From: Eledone cirrhosa
Taxonomy: Eukaryota
Length of the DNA stretch: 64,000 nucleotides
Reading direction: 5' to 3'
Assembly: GCA_964016885.1 (NCBI GenBank)
Contig: OZ024751.1
Location: 20,398,001 to 20,462,000 of the forward strand
Shown: in pieces, positions 29,236 through 42,098 of the stretch
How positions within the stretch are numbered: the stretch's first letter is position 1
Layout: every line of letters begins with the position of its first letter
Position numbers and translations under genes: made by a program
Notes under the pieces: generated by a model
The model's input: the letters and a program-made list of their open reading frames with translations, nothing else
Databases searched by the model: none
Told to the model about the DNA's origin: nothing

Positions 29236-29735
29236 AGACTTTAACCCTGTGATGGACTGGTGTCCTGTCCAGGGGGAAGTCATGAACTCTCAGTGGTTTC
29301 ATGCCATGGAAACCAGGATAATCATCAGTCTGGGCTCGAGGCAGACTTTAACCTTGTGATGGACTGGTGTCCTGTCCAGGGGGAAGTCATGAACTCTCAG
29401 TGGTTTCATGCCATGGAAACCAGGATAATCATCAGTCTGGGCTCGAGGCAGACTTTAACCTTGTGATGGACTGGTGTCTTGTCCAGGGGGAAGTCATGAA
29501 CTCCCAGTCGTTTCATGCCATGGAAACCAGAATAATCACCGGTCTGGGCTCGAGGCGGACTTTAACCTTGTGATGGACTGGTGTCCTGTCCAGGGGGAAG
29601 TCATGAACTCTCAGTGGTTTCATGCCATGGAAACCAGGATAATCATCAGTCTGGGCTCGAGGCAGACTTTAACCTTGTGATGGACTGGTGTCCTGTCCAG
29701 GGGGAAGTCATGAACTCTCAGTGGTTTAACCAGGA
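29236..29735 (+). repeat. 107-bp tandem repeat, ~4.6 copies, SINE-derived
   Basis: Period 107 bp. Unit contains GTGATGGACTGGTGTCCTGTCCAGGGG, also present in the adjacent SINE-like segment 29030-29235. Confidence 0.9.
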
Positions 29736-29995
29736 TAAGCACCGGTCAGATGAGCCTCCTGGCTTGAGAGACACTTTAGACTTTTACCATGTTTGAAAGA
29801 CTATGTAGAGAGGTGCCTCTACATGGAGGTCGTTTAACCTGCTAGAAATAGCAGCCAGAATCTCCTCAAATTACACTCTACCATCTTAAAAAATAGCATT
29901 AGCTCACCTTCCTGACTAATATGTTTGATTGATTGACGTTCAACATGTTAATTAAATGTTTATATAAAATTGGTGTCAGCTTTAACAGTAAAGAA

Positions 29996-30039
<44 letters not shown>

Positions 30040-30226
30040 TGGTGGTGGTGGTGGTGGTGGCATGTGGGTGTTGTGTGTGTGTGTGGTGTGTACATGTGAG
30101 ATGTGAGTGTCATGCATGTGAGGTGTGTGTGGGTGTTGTGTGTGTGTGCATGTGTGTGTGGGGGGTGCATGTGTAGTGTAGTGTGGGGGTGTTTATGTAT
30201 GGGGGGGGTACATGTGTAGTGTAGTG

Positions 30227-30259
<33 letters not shown>

Positions 30260-30454
30260 GTGTGTGTGTGTGTGTATGTGTGTGTGTGTGTGTGTGTATG
30301 TAATGTGTGTGGGGGTGTGAGTGGCGTGTGTTTATGTGAGAGAATAACTATTAACAGAAGGTTTAAAACAGAGATTATTGTTTGCAAAGTAATTAATTAT
30401 TTTCAAAGATATAACCTTATATAACGATATGTATTTATATAAATATATCATCAT

Positions 30455-31237
30455 GATCATCATGATCATCATCAACAGCATTGTTTAACGTCCACTTTCC
30501 ACACTCGCATGGGTTAGACAGATTTGCCCCATTTGAGGAAAGTTGGTTCAGGTGACCGTGTTTGCTCATATAAAACTGTTTCTGGCTACATCTCTACAGA
30601 TGGATACCCTTTCTAACATCAACCACATTTACAGTGTGTGCTGGGTGCTTTTTATCATGATTCCTACACGACCTCACCTTAATCCTCGGCTAAGTAGTCA
30701 GTCTAGTTACTCTGGAGTTTCACCTGCACACTTGCAGAATTATCAGAGATCTTGCGAATGCACAGGTGAAACTTCAGAGTAACACGACTCATTACTTAGC
30801 CATAATAAATTAACATTTAAACTCTACTTCGGTATTAAGTACACTTATCTCTTGTCTGTCAACTACATACATATATGTATGTATATATATATATATATGA
30901 TAATGATGATGATGGTATATGATTTATATATATATATAATATATATATGGTAATGATGATTGATGATGATATATATTATATATAATATATCATCATCGTT
31001 TAATGTCCATTTTCCACGCTAGCATGGGTTAGACAGATTGTCTCGTTAGAGGCAAGTTGGGTCAGGTGACCATGTCTTGCACATATAGAACTGTTTCTGG
31101 CTAGGTTCCTACAGCTGAATGCCCTTCCTAATGCAAACCACATTTACAGTCTGTGCTGGGTGATTTTTTTCGTGACACCTACATGACCTCACAATTGTGA
31201 ATCCAATTCTCTAACCACTAAGTCATGTGCCTTCACA
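30455..31237 (-). mobile_element. SINE family 2-related copies (30455-30665 and 30990-31237)
   Basis: CATCGTTTAA(C/T)GTCCA..TTCCAC.CT.GCATGGGTT tail. The same tail occurs at 17486-17580 (-) and 27430-27625 (+). Confidence 0.7.
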
Positions 31238-31240
31238 AAA

Positions 31241-31970
31241 CTAGTAATAGGCCCAAGTCTGTGTAAACCAAGCACTAGGCCCAAGCCTGTGTAAAACCAG
31301 TAATAGGTCCAAGTCTGTGTAAACCAAGCAATAGGCCCAAGTCTGTGTAAACCAAGCAATAGGCCCAAGCCTGTGTAAAACCAGTAATAGGTCCAAGTCT
31401 GTGTAAACCAAGCAATAGGCCCAAGTCTGTGTAAACCAAGCAATAGGCCCAAGTCTGTGTAAACCAAGCACTAGGCCCAAGTCTGTGTAAAACCAGTAAT
31501 AGGTCCAAGTCTGTGTAAACCAAGCAATAGGCCCAAGTCTGTGTAAACCAAGCAATAGGCCCAAGTCTGTGTAAACCAAGCACTAGGCCCAAGCCTGTGT
31601 AAAACCAGTAATAGGTCCAAGTCTGTGTAAACCAAGCACTAGGCCCAAGTCTGTGTAAAACCAGTAATAGGTCCAAGTCTGTGTAAACCAAGCAATAGGC
31701 CCAAGTCTGTGTAAACCAAGCAATAGGCCCAAGTCTGTGTAAACCAAGCACTAGGCCCAAGCCTGTGTAAAACCAGTAATAGGTCCAAGTCTGTGTAAAC
31801 CAAGCACTAGGCCCAAGCCTGTGTAAAACCAGTAATAGGTCCAAGTCTGTGTAAACCAAGCAATAGGCCCAAGTCTGTGTAAACCAAGCAATAGGCCCAA
31901 GTCTGTGTAAACCAAGCTCTAGGCCCAAGCCTGTGTAAAACCAGTAATAGGTCCAAACCTATGTGAAATA
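31241..31970. repeat. 28-bp minisatellite, ~26 units with variant patterning
   Basis: TAGG(C/T)CCAAG(T/C)CTGTGTAAA followed by CCAAGCA(A/C) or ACCAGTAA. Confidence 0.95.
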
Positions 31971-32272
31971 TAGCCTCAACCCCATGCCACCTACAAACAA
32001 CCTCACCCCCACCTACAGCTGGTAACAAGTCCAGGCCAGGTGTGAAATATATAGAAACCCCACCCCTGCTCCATGCCCCCCTGACTCAGTTGGTAAGAGG
32101 ACCATCATACCAGATGTGAAATATTGGTTTTATTTCAATTTAAATATCTTAATATATATTAATCACTGCTCTAAATACATATATGAATGATTTTGATATA
32201 TATATATATATGCAAGGGCAGTGCCCCAGCATGGCCTCAGCCGGATGGCTGGAACAGGTAAAGAGTAAATGA

Positions 32273-32331
<59 letters not shown>

Positions 32332-32818
32332 AATATACATATATATACACACACATATATGGTGGCTGCCAACTCGTTTTCGAGTACGGCCACTACTTTA
32401 TATCCATGTAGGAGAACCCCTACCGATGCGCTGAACATACATACATATATACACACACATGTAGACATTTACATGTAGTTTTGTTCATGATGTAAACAAA
32501 AACAATTAAAAAAGTACTGGAACTTTGAGATGGAATAAGGACACTGTGAAATCGTAAGGCCCATGCTAATTCGCTCCAACTCCCTTCCAACCACCATCCC
32601 ACTACTCTATTTTGGTCAGCATATACACCATATACATACATACAAGGTAAAGACCCCTCTTCGGTTATGAATGACCAAGGGTTGTGCACCTAGAACGGTT
32701 CCTTCCAAGGCATAAGCCCAAGCAAGGTGTATTTATGGAAGACCAGCACCTCGCCCATGCATATTCATCTCCCCCTCCTCATGACACCAACATTGTCCAA
32801 ATATAAAGGTAAAAGCTG

Positions 32819-32972
32819 TCCCTTCAATCTATCTTATTTCTCATTCTTTCTTCTGATGAAGGACTAGCGTCCGAAACATTAAGACACTCTTCCTGCTATT
32901 TCAAGCGTTAACCTAATATATTCCTTCCATATACTGTACCGATTGTGTTGTTATTTCTGTTTACCTTTTACA
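32819..32972 (+). mobile_element. PLE-like fragment with HHR (copy 2), motif at 32849-32884
   Basis: TCTT-CTGATGA-A-GGAC TAGC GTCC-GAAACATT-AAGA. Homologous to 17606-17757. Confidence 0.75.
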
Positions 32973-33007
32973 CACATGCATATATATGTATATACATATA
33001 CATATAC

Positions 33008-33046
<39 letters not shown>

Positions 33047-33084
33047 AGGAATTTGTAGTTTACTTGAAGCGTTGTATATGGTAT

Positions 33085-33365
33085 TAAGAATTCGAAGTTT
33101 GAAAGCCGCGACAATGCAGGTTTAGACGGAGAATAATTAAATCGTAAGATTGTTTACCTTAATTTATTCATATGTTCTGATATTTCGAGATTAATATCTC
33201 CTCTTCCAAGGAGAATCAAAGGAACTATTCTAGTGTCCGATGTGGCGTGGCTTGCTATACCGCCAGGACATATGAATAAATTAAGGTAAACAAACAAGCC
33301 CTGTTTCTTACGATTTAATTATTCTCCGCCTAAACTTGCATTGTGTTGCTTTCGTACTTCAAATT

Positions 33366-33369
<4 letters not shown>
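33085..33369. mobile_element. Fold-back PLE-like fragment with degenerate HHR (33175-33215, minus)
   Basis: Imperfect inverted arms 33085-33179 / 33264-33369. Minus: TTCT..TTGGAAGA-G-GAGAT ATTA ATCTC-GAAATATC-AGAA. Confidence 0.6.
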
Positions 33370-33442
<73 letters not shown>

Positions 33443-33598
33443 ATATATATATAAGAATTAAAATACTAGAGTGTGTTGGAGTTAAACACCCTCTTCGTAT
33501 TATAGAAATGACAGTAAAGATATAGCTCAATGTAATTATACAGAGCCGAAGAATTATGAAAATAAACCAATGAAGCCTTCAATACATCAAAAGTCTTT

Positions 33599-33643
33599 AT
33601 TAGCCAACAATGTTTCGTCCTATTAAGGACTCATCAGGGCAAT
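33599..33643 (-). ncRNA. Type I minimal hammerhead ribozyme motif
   Basis: Minus: ATTGCC-CTGATGA-GTCC TTAATA GGAC-GAA-ACA T TGT-T-GGCTAATAAA. Canonical stem II and downstream AATAAA. Confidence 0.85.
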
Positions 33644-33873
33644 TAAAGTTATAAGAAGCACTATCGGCCAATACAAGCCAAAAGCTATATATATATATAT
33701 ATATGAAAATGGCGTGTTGTGTTGTTGCGAATAGGATATATATATATATAACAAAATATAATAATGGTGATGTTACATAAGTCGTTTAATCATTATTATA
33801 ATGATTTACATGGTTCTCCATGCAATCGAGAAGTCCTTCATGCATTTGTTGTTGTTATGAAAACGGTATCCTC

Positions 33874-33931
<58 letters not shown>

Positions 33932-33974
33932 CGAAAGATTAAACAAGGATTATTATTATTGTAGCATTTTAATA

Positions 33975-34039
33975 GATTTACGACCGTTTCGTTAGAGAAC
34001 AAGAATACTCTATTTCTGAAAGTGTAACTCCTCAGAATC
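33975..34039 (-). ncRNA. Hammerhead ribozyme motif with 30-nt stem II insertion
   Basis: Minus: GATT-CTGAGGA-GTTA-(30 nt)-TAAC-GAA-ACG GT CGT-A-AATC. Confidence 0.75.
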
Positions 34040-34571
34040 AATCAAATACCCAAATACTTGATGTTGTCCAAGGGAAAGTCCTATACAGCTTGGCACGAAT
34101 GACAATGTAAGATATAGTGTCTTGCTCAGAGAAACAATGCATCAACCTGTCAGGGAATCGAACTCACAACCTTAGGCTTGTAAACCTAACGTTCTAACCA
34201 TGAAGCCATGTGCCTTCACATACATACATAGAAACATACATACATAGAAACATACATACATAGAAACATACATACACAAAACATATATACATACATACAT
34301 ACATAGAAACATACATACATACATACATACATACATACATACATACATACATACATACATACATACATACATACATACACAGTAAACATATATACATACA
34401 TACATACACACATACGTACATTGCTTAATTAATTTCGATAAATTGATTTTAAACAACATAGTAACATACGGTATATATACACAAAAGGTTTGTTGTTAGT
34501 TTGTTTAGTTTGTTTTTTGTTTTTGCATGTATCAATGACAGAAAATTGATAAACTGTAAAACGATATTAAT

Positions 34572-35022
34572 AATAATTGTTTCTACTTTTGGCACAAGGC
34601 CAGCAATTACTCAGTGTATTACTGGTACTTTATTTTATCCACCCCGTAAGGATGAAAGGCAAAGTTAACCTCGGCGGGATTTGAACTCAGATCGTAAAGG
34701 GACGTAACTATGCTGGAAAGCCCATAATAATTGTTTCTACTTTTGGCACAAGGCCAGCAAATACCCAGTTCATTACTGGTACTTTATTTTATCGACCCCG
34801 TAAGGATGAAAGGTAAAGTTGACCTCGGCGCGATTTGAACTCAGGTCATAAAGGGACGTAACTCTATGCTTCAAAGCATGGCGTCTGACTCTCTACCGAT
34901 ACTGCCAATCCACCGCCCTGAAGACAAAGTTAACCTCAGCGGAACTCGAACTCAGATCATAAAGGGTTGTAACTCCATGCTGCAAAGCATGTTGTCTGAC
35001 GCCCTACCGATACTACCAATCC
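34572..35022 (-). mobile_element. SINE family 1 cluster
   Basis: Two copies plus a head fragment. Confidence 0.85.
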
Positions 35023-35499
35023 AATAATAATATTGATTTCTTTAACCGATTGAAGAAGATGGAGGGAAAGACTGAGTAAATGGAAAGAAACAGGGTAAGA
35101 TGGTGACAAATGAGAGATATACAGAGATAAAGAGAGAAGGAGAGAGCGAAGAAAGGGTATGAAGAGAGAGAGAGAGAGAGAGATACAGATATGAGAGAAG
35201 AGGGGAAGAAAAGAAAGGGTACGAAGAAAAGGAATGACAGAGAGAGGGAAATACAGAGACAAAGAGAGAGGGGGACAAAAAGAGAGTAAGAGGGGAAGAT
35301 AAAGAGAGAAAGATAGATTTATATTATTAAGGAGCTAAAGAGAGAGAAAAGGAGAGATAAAAGAGCTGAGAGAGAAGAAGAGAGATAAAGGAACTAGAGA
35401 AAGAGAGATTTATATTATAAAGGAACTAAAGAGAGAGAAAGATACATCTATATACAAAGGGACTAGAAAGAGAGGGGATACATTTATATATAAAGGAGC

Positions 35500-35554
<55 letters not shown>

Positions 35555-35923
35555 GAGCTAAAGCGAGAGAGAGACAGAGAAAGAGAGAGGAAAGGGGAAG
35601 GTAATTTAACAGTGGTTTTTAAATATCAGCTGTTCTCCAGTTCGCTCTCATTCCGTCATTTTTGTCAGTGTCTGTGTCACGCATACACACATTGTGTACG
35701 CATACATATACATGAATATATATATACATATACATTAGAGAAATGCATATATACATACATAACACATATATATATACACACACACACAAACACTGGAAAA
35801 CTACACGAGAAGCAGAAAAATACACATACACAAACACTAGTGAAATATTGCATAGTCACGTACCGTGGAAATATATATATATATGAATCTGTTATAAATA
35901 AATTTGTTGAATTACCAATAAAT

Positions 35924-35965
<42 letters not shown>

Positions 35966-36942
35966 GTAGAGAAATACCTTCATAAATACATACATGCAGA
36001 TACATATATATATATATATATACACACACACAATAGAGAAATACACATACGTACATACATATACATATATGTACAATAAAGAAATACATACTTGCATATA
36101 TGCGTACATACATACATATATATGTACAGTAAAGAAATACATACTTGCATATATGCGTACATACATACATACATCATACTTATGTATGTATGTACATACA
36201 TACATATGTACAGTAAAGAAATACATACTTGCATATATACATATATGTACAGTAAATAAATACATACATACATGCGTACACACTTGCATACATACATACA
36301 TACTTATATATGTACAGTAAAGAAATACATACTTGCATACATACATATATGTACAGAAAAATACATACTTACATACATGCGTACATACATACATACATAC
36401 ATACACACACGTACACACAGAGAAGAAACAGACAGACAGACTGAGGGGTGATAAGGTGCGGGGAGAAAAAAAATAAGATACGTGATTAAGAAGATTAACC
36501 CTTCCCTTATTAATTGTTTTATTTTGCGTTTTCCTTTCCTCTTTTTTTTTTGTTAAGTCGCCGGTTTATAAATCACGAATTAAAACAAAGCCCCCCACAA
36601 GGTGTGGTGTGTGTGTGTTTGTGTTTTTGTAAGGGGAAGATCCTGTGACGTTGATGTTATCTTCTATATCCTCTCCTGTAAGGAACGGCACCCCTTCACT
36701 TATATGACGTAAATACACCATCATATAACCAGTGTGGTGTAGTTAACACAGTTTAGAGATCTAGTAATATAACTAGCACACCAATATCACCAGCGGGGGG
36801 TCGTCCTTCGTCTCTATAATGGAATACGTGCTGGGGACACTTTCTCAATATTCTAATATGTTCACGTAGGATATAGTAAAGAAAAGAGAGAAAAGAAGAA
36901 AACAAAAGACCGATAAAACAAGGAAAAAAAAAAGGAAAAACT

Positions 36943-37004
<62 letters not shown>

Positions 37005-37020
37005 CATACATACATATATA

Positions 37021-37056
<36 letters not shown>

Positions 37057-37080
37057 CATACATACATATATATACATACA

Positions 37081-37114
<34 letters not shown>

Positions 37115-37127
37115 CATATATATATAC

Positions 37128-37211
<84 letters not shown>

Positions 37212-37243
37212 ATATATATATATATATATACATATATATATAC

Positions 37244-37348
<105 letters not shown>

Positions 37349-37664
37349 TATATACATATATATACATATATATATACATATATATACATATATACATACA
37401 TATATACATACATATATATATATATACATATATACATACATATATACATACATACATATATACATACATATATATATACATACGTATATATATATATATA
37501 TAAGATTTTTCCTTTTTTTCTTCGTATCGTATATGAAACACATATATATATATGTGTGTATATATATATATATATGAAATAGACACATATATATATATAT
37601 ATGAAACACATATATATATATATATATATATATGAAACATATATATATATATATATATATATGA

Positions 37665-37738
<74 letters not shown>

Positions 37739-38536
37739 CATACATATATATATATATATGAAACACATACATATATATGAAACACATACATATATATGAA
37801 ACACATATATATGTGTATATATATATATGAAACACACACATATATATATATATATGAAACACATACATATATATGAAACACATATATTGTATCTATATCA
37901 TTATAGTGTGTCAGTGTGAACAATGTGATAGATGCTCGTACATTTTTATGAAAAAAAAACTAACTAAATAAATCAAATATAGTTGGGTTGTTTTTTTTTT
38001 ATTATAAACAAAGAGTAGCTATGATCGGCGACCGAGATTTGAAACCCTGACATTAAAAAAAGGGGGAGGAATGAGGGAAAGAAGAAAGAAAGAGACAAAC
38101 ACAAAGAAAGAAAGAAAGAGATAAGATAGATAGAAAGAAAGATAAAAAAGAAAGAAAGAAAGATAAAAAGACAATGAAAGATAAAGAGATAGATATAAGG
38201 AAAGAAAGATAAAAAGACAATGAAAGATAGAGAGATAGATATAAGGAAAGAAAGATAAAAAGAAAGAGATAGATACAAAGAAGGAAAAAAAGAGAAAGAA
38301 AGAAGGAAAGAAAGAAATACAAACACAAAGAAAGAAATTAGAAATAACAGTAAAAACGTTTGATAATGCTAAATGTTTCCTAGGAGTTTGTCAAATAGTT
38401 TTATCTTTATTTAGATTCTGTGTGTTTCTGTTGTCCATGTGTTGGAGGGGGAGGAAGATGAGAGGAAGGAGGAGGGCCATGTGTTTCTACTCGAAGGAGG
38501 AGGAAGGGGAGGAAAAGAAATTATATTGTTTTACAG

Positions 38537-38574
38537 ACTGGAAATTTTCCATTCGTCTCCGTTTACCGTACATG
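38537..38574 (+). other. Possible 38-nt micro-exon
   Basis: TATTGTTTTACAG|...ATG|GTGAGT, open in all three frames. No partner exons were identified. Confidence 0.2.
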
Positions 38575-38817
38575 GTGAGTGGAGTAAGAGGGGAATAGAG
38601 ATAGATAGATAGATAGATAGAGAGAGAGGAGGAGAGAGAATGTAGGACAGAGAGACGAGGGAGAGATGGGAGAGAGAATGTAGGACAGAGAGACGAGGGA
38701 GAGATGGGAGAGAGAATGTAGGACAGAGAGACGAGGAAGATAGAGAGACGAGGAAGGAAGAGATAGATAGAGAGAGAGAATGTAGGACAGAAAGATGAGG
38801 GAGAGATGATAGAGAGA

Positions 38818-38852
<35 letters not shown>

Positions 38853-39532
38853 CGGAGATGATAGAGAGAGAATATTGGAAATATATATAAATATATATAA
38901 CAGAGAGAGACTATTTGAGTATAACAGAGACTATTTGAGTCAAGTAGAGAGGGATAGAGAGAGAATTTAAGAAAGAGAGGCGTGGAGAGGTGATAGAGAG
39001 TGTTTGAGTGAAGTAGAGAGACAGAGAGACGAGAGAGATAATAGAGACAGTATTAGAATAGAACTGAGAGAAGATAGAGTATTAGAGGTGAAAGAGAAGT
39101 AATAGAGAGAGTATTGAATGTGAGAGGGAGAGAGAGAGAGTATTGGATGTAAGAGAGTGGTCGTGGTGATACTGAGAGAGAGAGATTAGAGAGAGAGTAT
39201 TGGATGTGAGAGAGCGGTCGTGGTGATACTGAGACAGAGAGAGAGATTAGAGAGAGTATTGGATGTGAGAGAGATTAGAGAGAGTATTTATTGGATGTGA
39301 CGGAAAGAATAAACAGAGAAAGGACGAAATAATAGGGAGTGGAAATTGCCGGTAGAGAGACACAGAGAAAAGAATAACTAATAATGATAGAGAAGGGAGT
39401 AAAAGATAGAGTGAATGAGTAAGAGAGAGAGAGAGAGACTATAAGGGAAAATAAGTGCCGGTTGGAGACGTAGAAGAAAAAGATAAATAGTAACAAAGAG
39501 AGACGAGGAAATGGGAGATTGTCAGTAGATAT

Positions 39533-39583
<51 letters not shown>

Positions 39584-41042
39584 GTTGGACAGGATGACAT
39601 TAAGGTGACAGTGAGAGAAATGTTAGTAAATGGTAAGAGAGAGAGAGAGAGAGATGCCGGTAGGAGAGAGAGAGAGAGATGCCGGTAGGAGAGAGAGAGA
39701 TACCGGTAGGAGAGAGAGAGATACCGGTAGGAGAGAGAGAGATACCGGTAGGAGAGAGAGAGATGCCGGTAGGAGAAAGAGAGAGGGAAATGCCGGTAGA
39801 GAAAGAAGGAGAGAGAGAAGCCGGTAGAGTGAGAGAGAAATGCCGGTAAAGACACCCGGATAATGACGACATGAGGAAAAAATAAATAAATAAAAAATCT
39901 ATTTGTCAGTGGAATATCACAGGTGACAGAAAAAATAGCATGAGTGAGTGAGTGAGTGAGTGAGGCAGGGAGAGACATATAGAGAGGGGGTACATGTAGA
40001 GAGAGACATATAGAGAGGGGGTAGAGATAGAGAGAGAGGGGACCAGAAAGAGAGACATATAGAGAGGGGGTCCAGAAAGAGAGAGACAGGGGTACAGATA
40101 GAGAGAGAGAGGGGAATCAGAAAGCGAGAGACATATAGAGAGAGAGGGGACCAGAAAGAGAGACATATAGAGAGGGGGTACAGATAGAGAGAGAGGGGGA
40201 TCAGAAAGAGAGAGAGAGGGGAACCAGAAAGAGAGACAGAGAGAGAGAGGGAACCAGAAAGAGAGACATATAAAGAGGGGGTACAGATAGAGACATATAG
40301 AGAGTGAGTACAGATAGAGAGACATATAAAGAGGGGGTACAGATAGAGAGAGACATATAGAGAGTGGGTACAGATAGAAAGAGACATATAAAGAGGGGGG
40401 TACAGATAGAGAGAGACAATGTGAGAGAAAGAAGATACAGAAAGAAAGAGAGAGATCAAAAGTAGACACAGAAGCCGGTAAAGGAGTGAGTGAGAGATAG
40501 AAAGAGGGGGGGGTGAGAGAGAGACAATGTGAGAGAAAGAAGACAGAGAAAGAAAGAGAGAGATCAAAAGTAGACACAGAGGCCGGTAAAGGAGTGAGTG
40601 AGAGATAGAAAGAGGGGGGGTGAGAGAGAGACAATGTGAGAGAAAGAAGACAGAGAAAGAAAGAGAGAGATCAAATGTAGACACAGAAGCCGGTAAAGGA
40701 GAGAGAGAGAGGGGGAGAAAGAGAGAGAAAAAAGCCGACAAAGTAAATAAAGAAGACAAGAGTGTGAACGAGAGACGAAAGGTGGGAATACAGGATGACA
40801 GAGAAGTGAAATATGGAAAGCAGGTCGGAGGTAGATAGGTAGGAGAGGAAACTGCAAGTAAAGAAGAAAAAGAGAAAGAAAAAGAAAGAATGAATGGTAG
40901 TTAGGATTAGCTTAAAGAAAAGAAAAGGAAAAAAATATGGATTTGAGAAGATAGTTTAATAATTTTATTGTGACTATTGCGACTAATATATGACTATAGC
41001 AACTATATATTGACTTATATTCTCACAATATTAACTATTATG

Positions 41043-41415
41043 GGCGGTGGATTGGCAGTATCGGTAGAGGGTCGGACGCCATGCTTTCTAGCATAGTTAT
41101 GTCCCTTTATGATCTGATTTCAAATACCACCGAGGTTAACTTTGCCTTTCATCCTTACGGGGTCGATAAAATAAAGTACCAGTAATGAACTGGGAAATTG
41201 CTGGCCTTGTGCCTAAAGTAGAAACAAATATTAACTATTATGGGCGGTGAATTGGCAGTATCGGTAGAGGGTCGGACGCCATGCTTTCTAGCATAGTTAT
41301 GTCCCTTTATGATCTGATTTCAAATCCTGCCGAGGTTAACTTTGCCTTTCATCCATACGGGGTCGTTAAAATAAAGTACCAGTAATTGCTGGCCTTATGC
41401 CAAAAGTAGAAAAAA
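41043..41415 (+). mobile_element. Two head-to-tail copies of tRNA-headed SINE family 1
   Basis: A-box-like TGGCAGTATCGG, B-box-like TTCAAAT(C/A)C, core GAGGTTAACTTTGCCTTTCATCCTTACGGGGTCGATAAAATAAAGTACCAG, end GTAGAAACAA. Confidence 0.9.
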
Positions 41416-42098
41416 TAACTATTATGTCGTCAAGTATAAAATTTGTAGAAATTTGTTCTTATTTTCTACAAATTTCATACTTGACGACTCAATATATACG
41501 AAGGTAGGCTTGATAAGTTCATAGGCTGATTATGAAGGAGTGATGCTAGAGCTGGGAAATCTTACATGCAATCAACTTTTCTTTTCCAAGGACTATGTTG
41601 AAAAATAAACCTCATTTGGTCATTCCATGAGAGTATCTTGGTCAGGCTATGAACTTTTCAGCTGACCCTTGTATATATATATATATATATATATATACGA
41701 GAGTAGGCTTCAAAAGTTCATAGGCTGACTATGAAAGAGTGATGCTAGAGCTGTGAAATCTTGCATGAATTTATTTTTTCAGCTCTTATTAATAACTGCA
41801 TTGTTACTTTCCTGAGGCTATGTTGAAAAAGAAACCTCATTTGATCATTCCATGAGAGTATATTGGTCAGCCTATGAACTTTTCAGCTGACTCTCGTATG
41901 TGTGTGTACGAGGGTAGGCTTGGAGTATACATATATACGAGGGTAGGCTTGAAAAGTACACAGGGTGACTATGAAGGAATGATGCTAGAGCTGTGAAATT
42001 TTTCATGGATTTACTTCAACTCTTCTTATTAATAATTGCATTGTTTCTTTCAAGTGATTATGTTGAAAAATAAACCTCATTTGGTCATTCCATTAGAG

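Noticed and set aside
29290-29330. CTGATGA...GAAAC on the minus strand in each 107-bp unit
   Set aside because: No stem II or stem I. GAAACCA is sequestered in a competing hairpin, and the ancestral SINE copy lacks the motif.
31241-31970. CRISPR-like appearance of the 28-bp repeats (also the 42-, 55- and 107-bp arrays)
   Set aside because: Contiguous tandem units without unique spacers, no cas genes, eukaryotic context.
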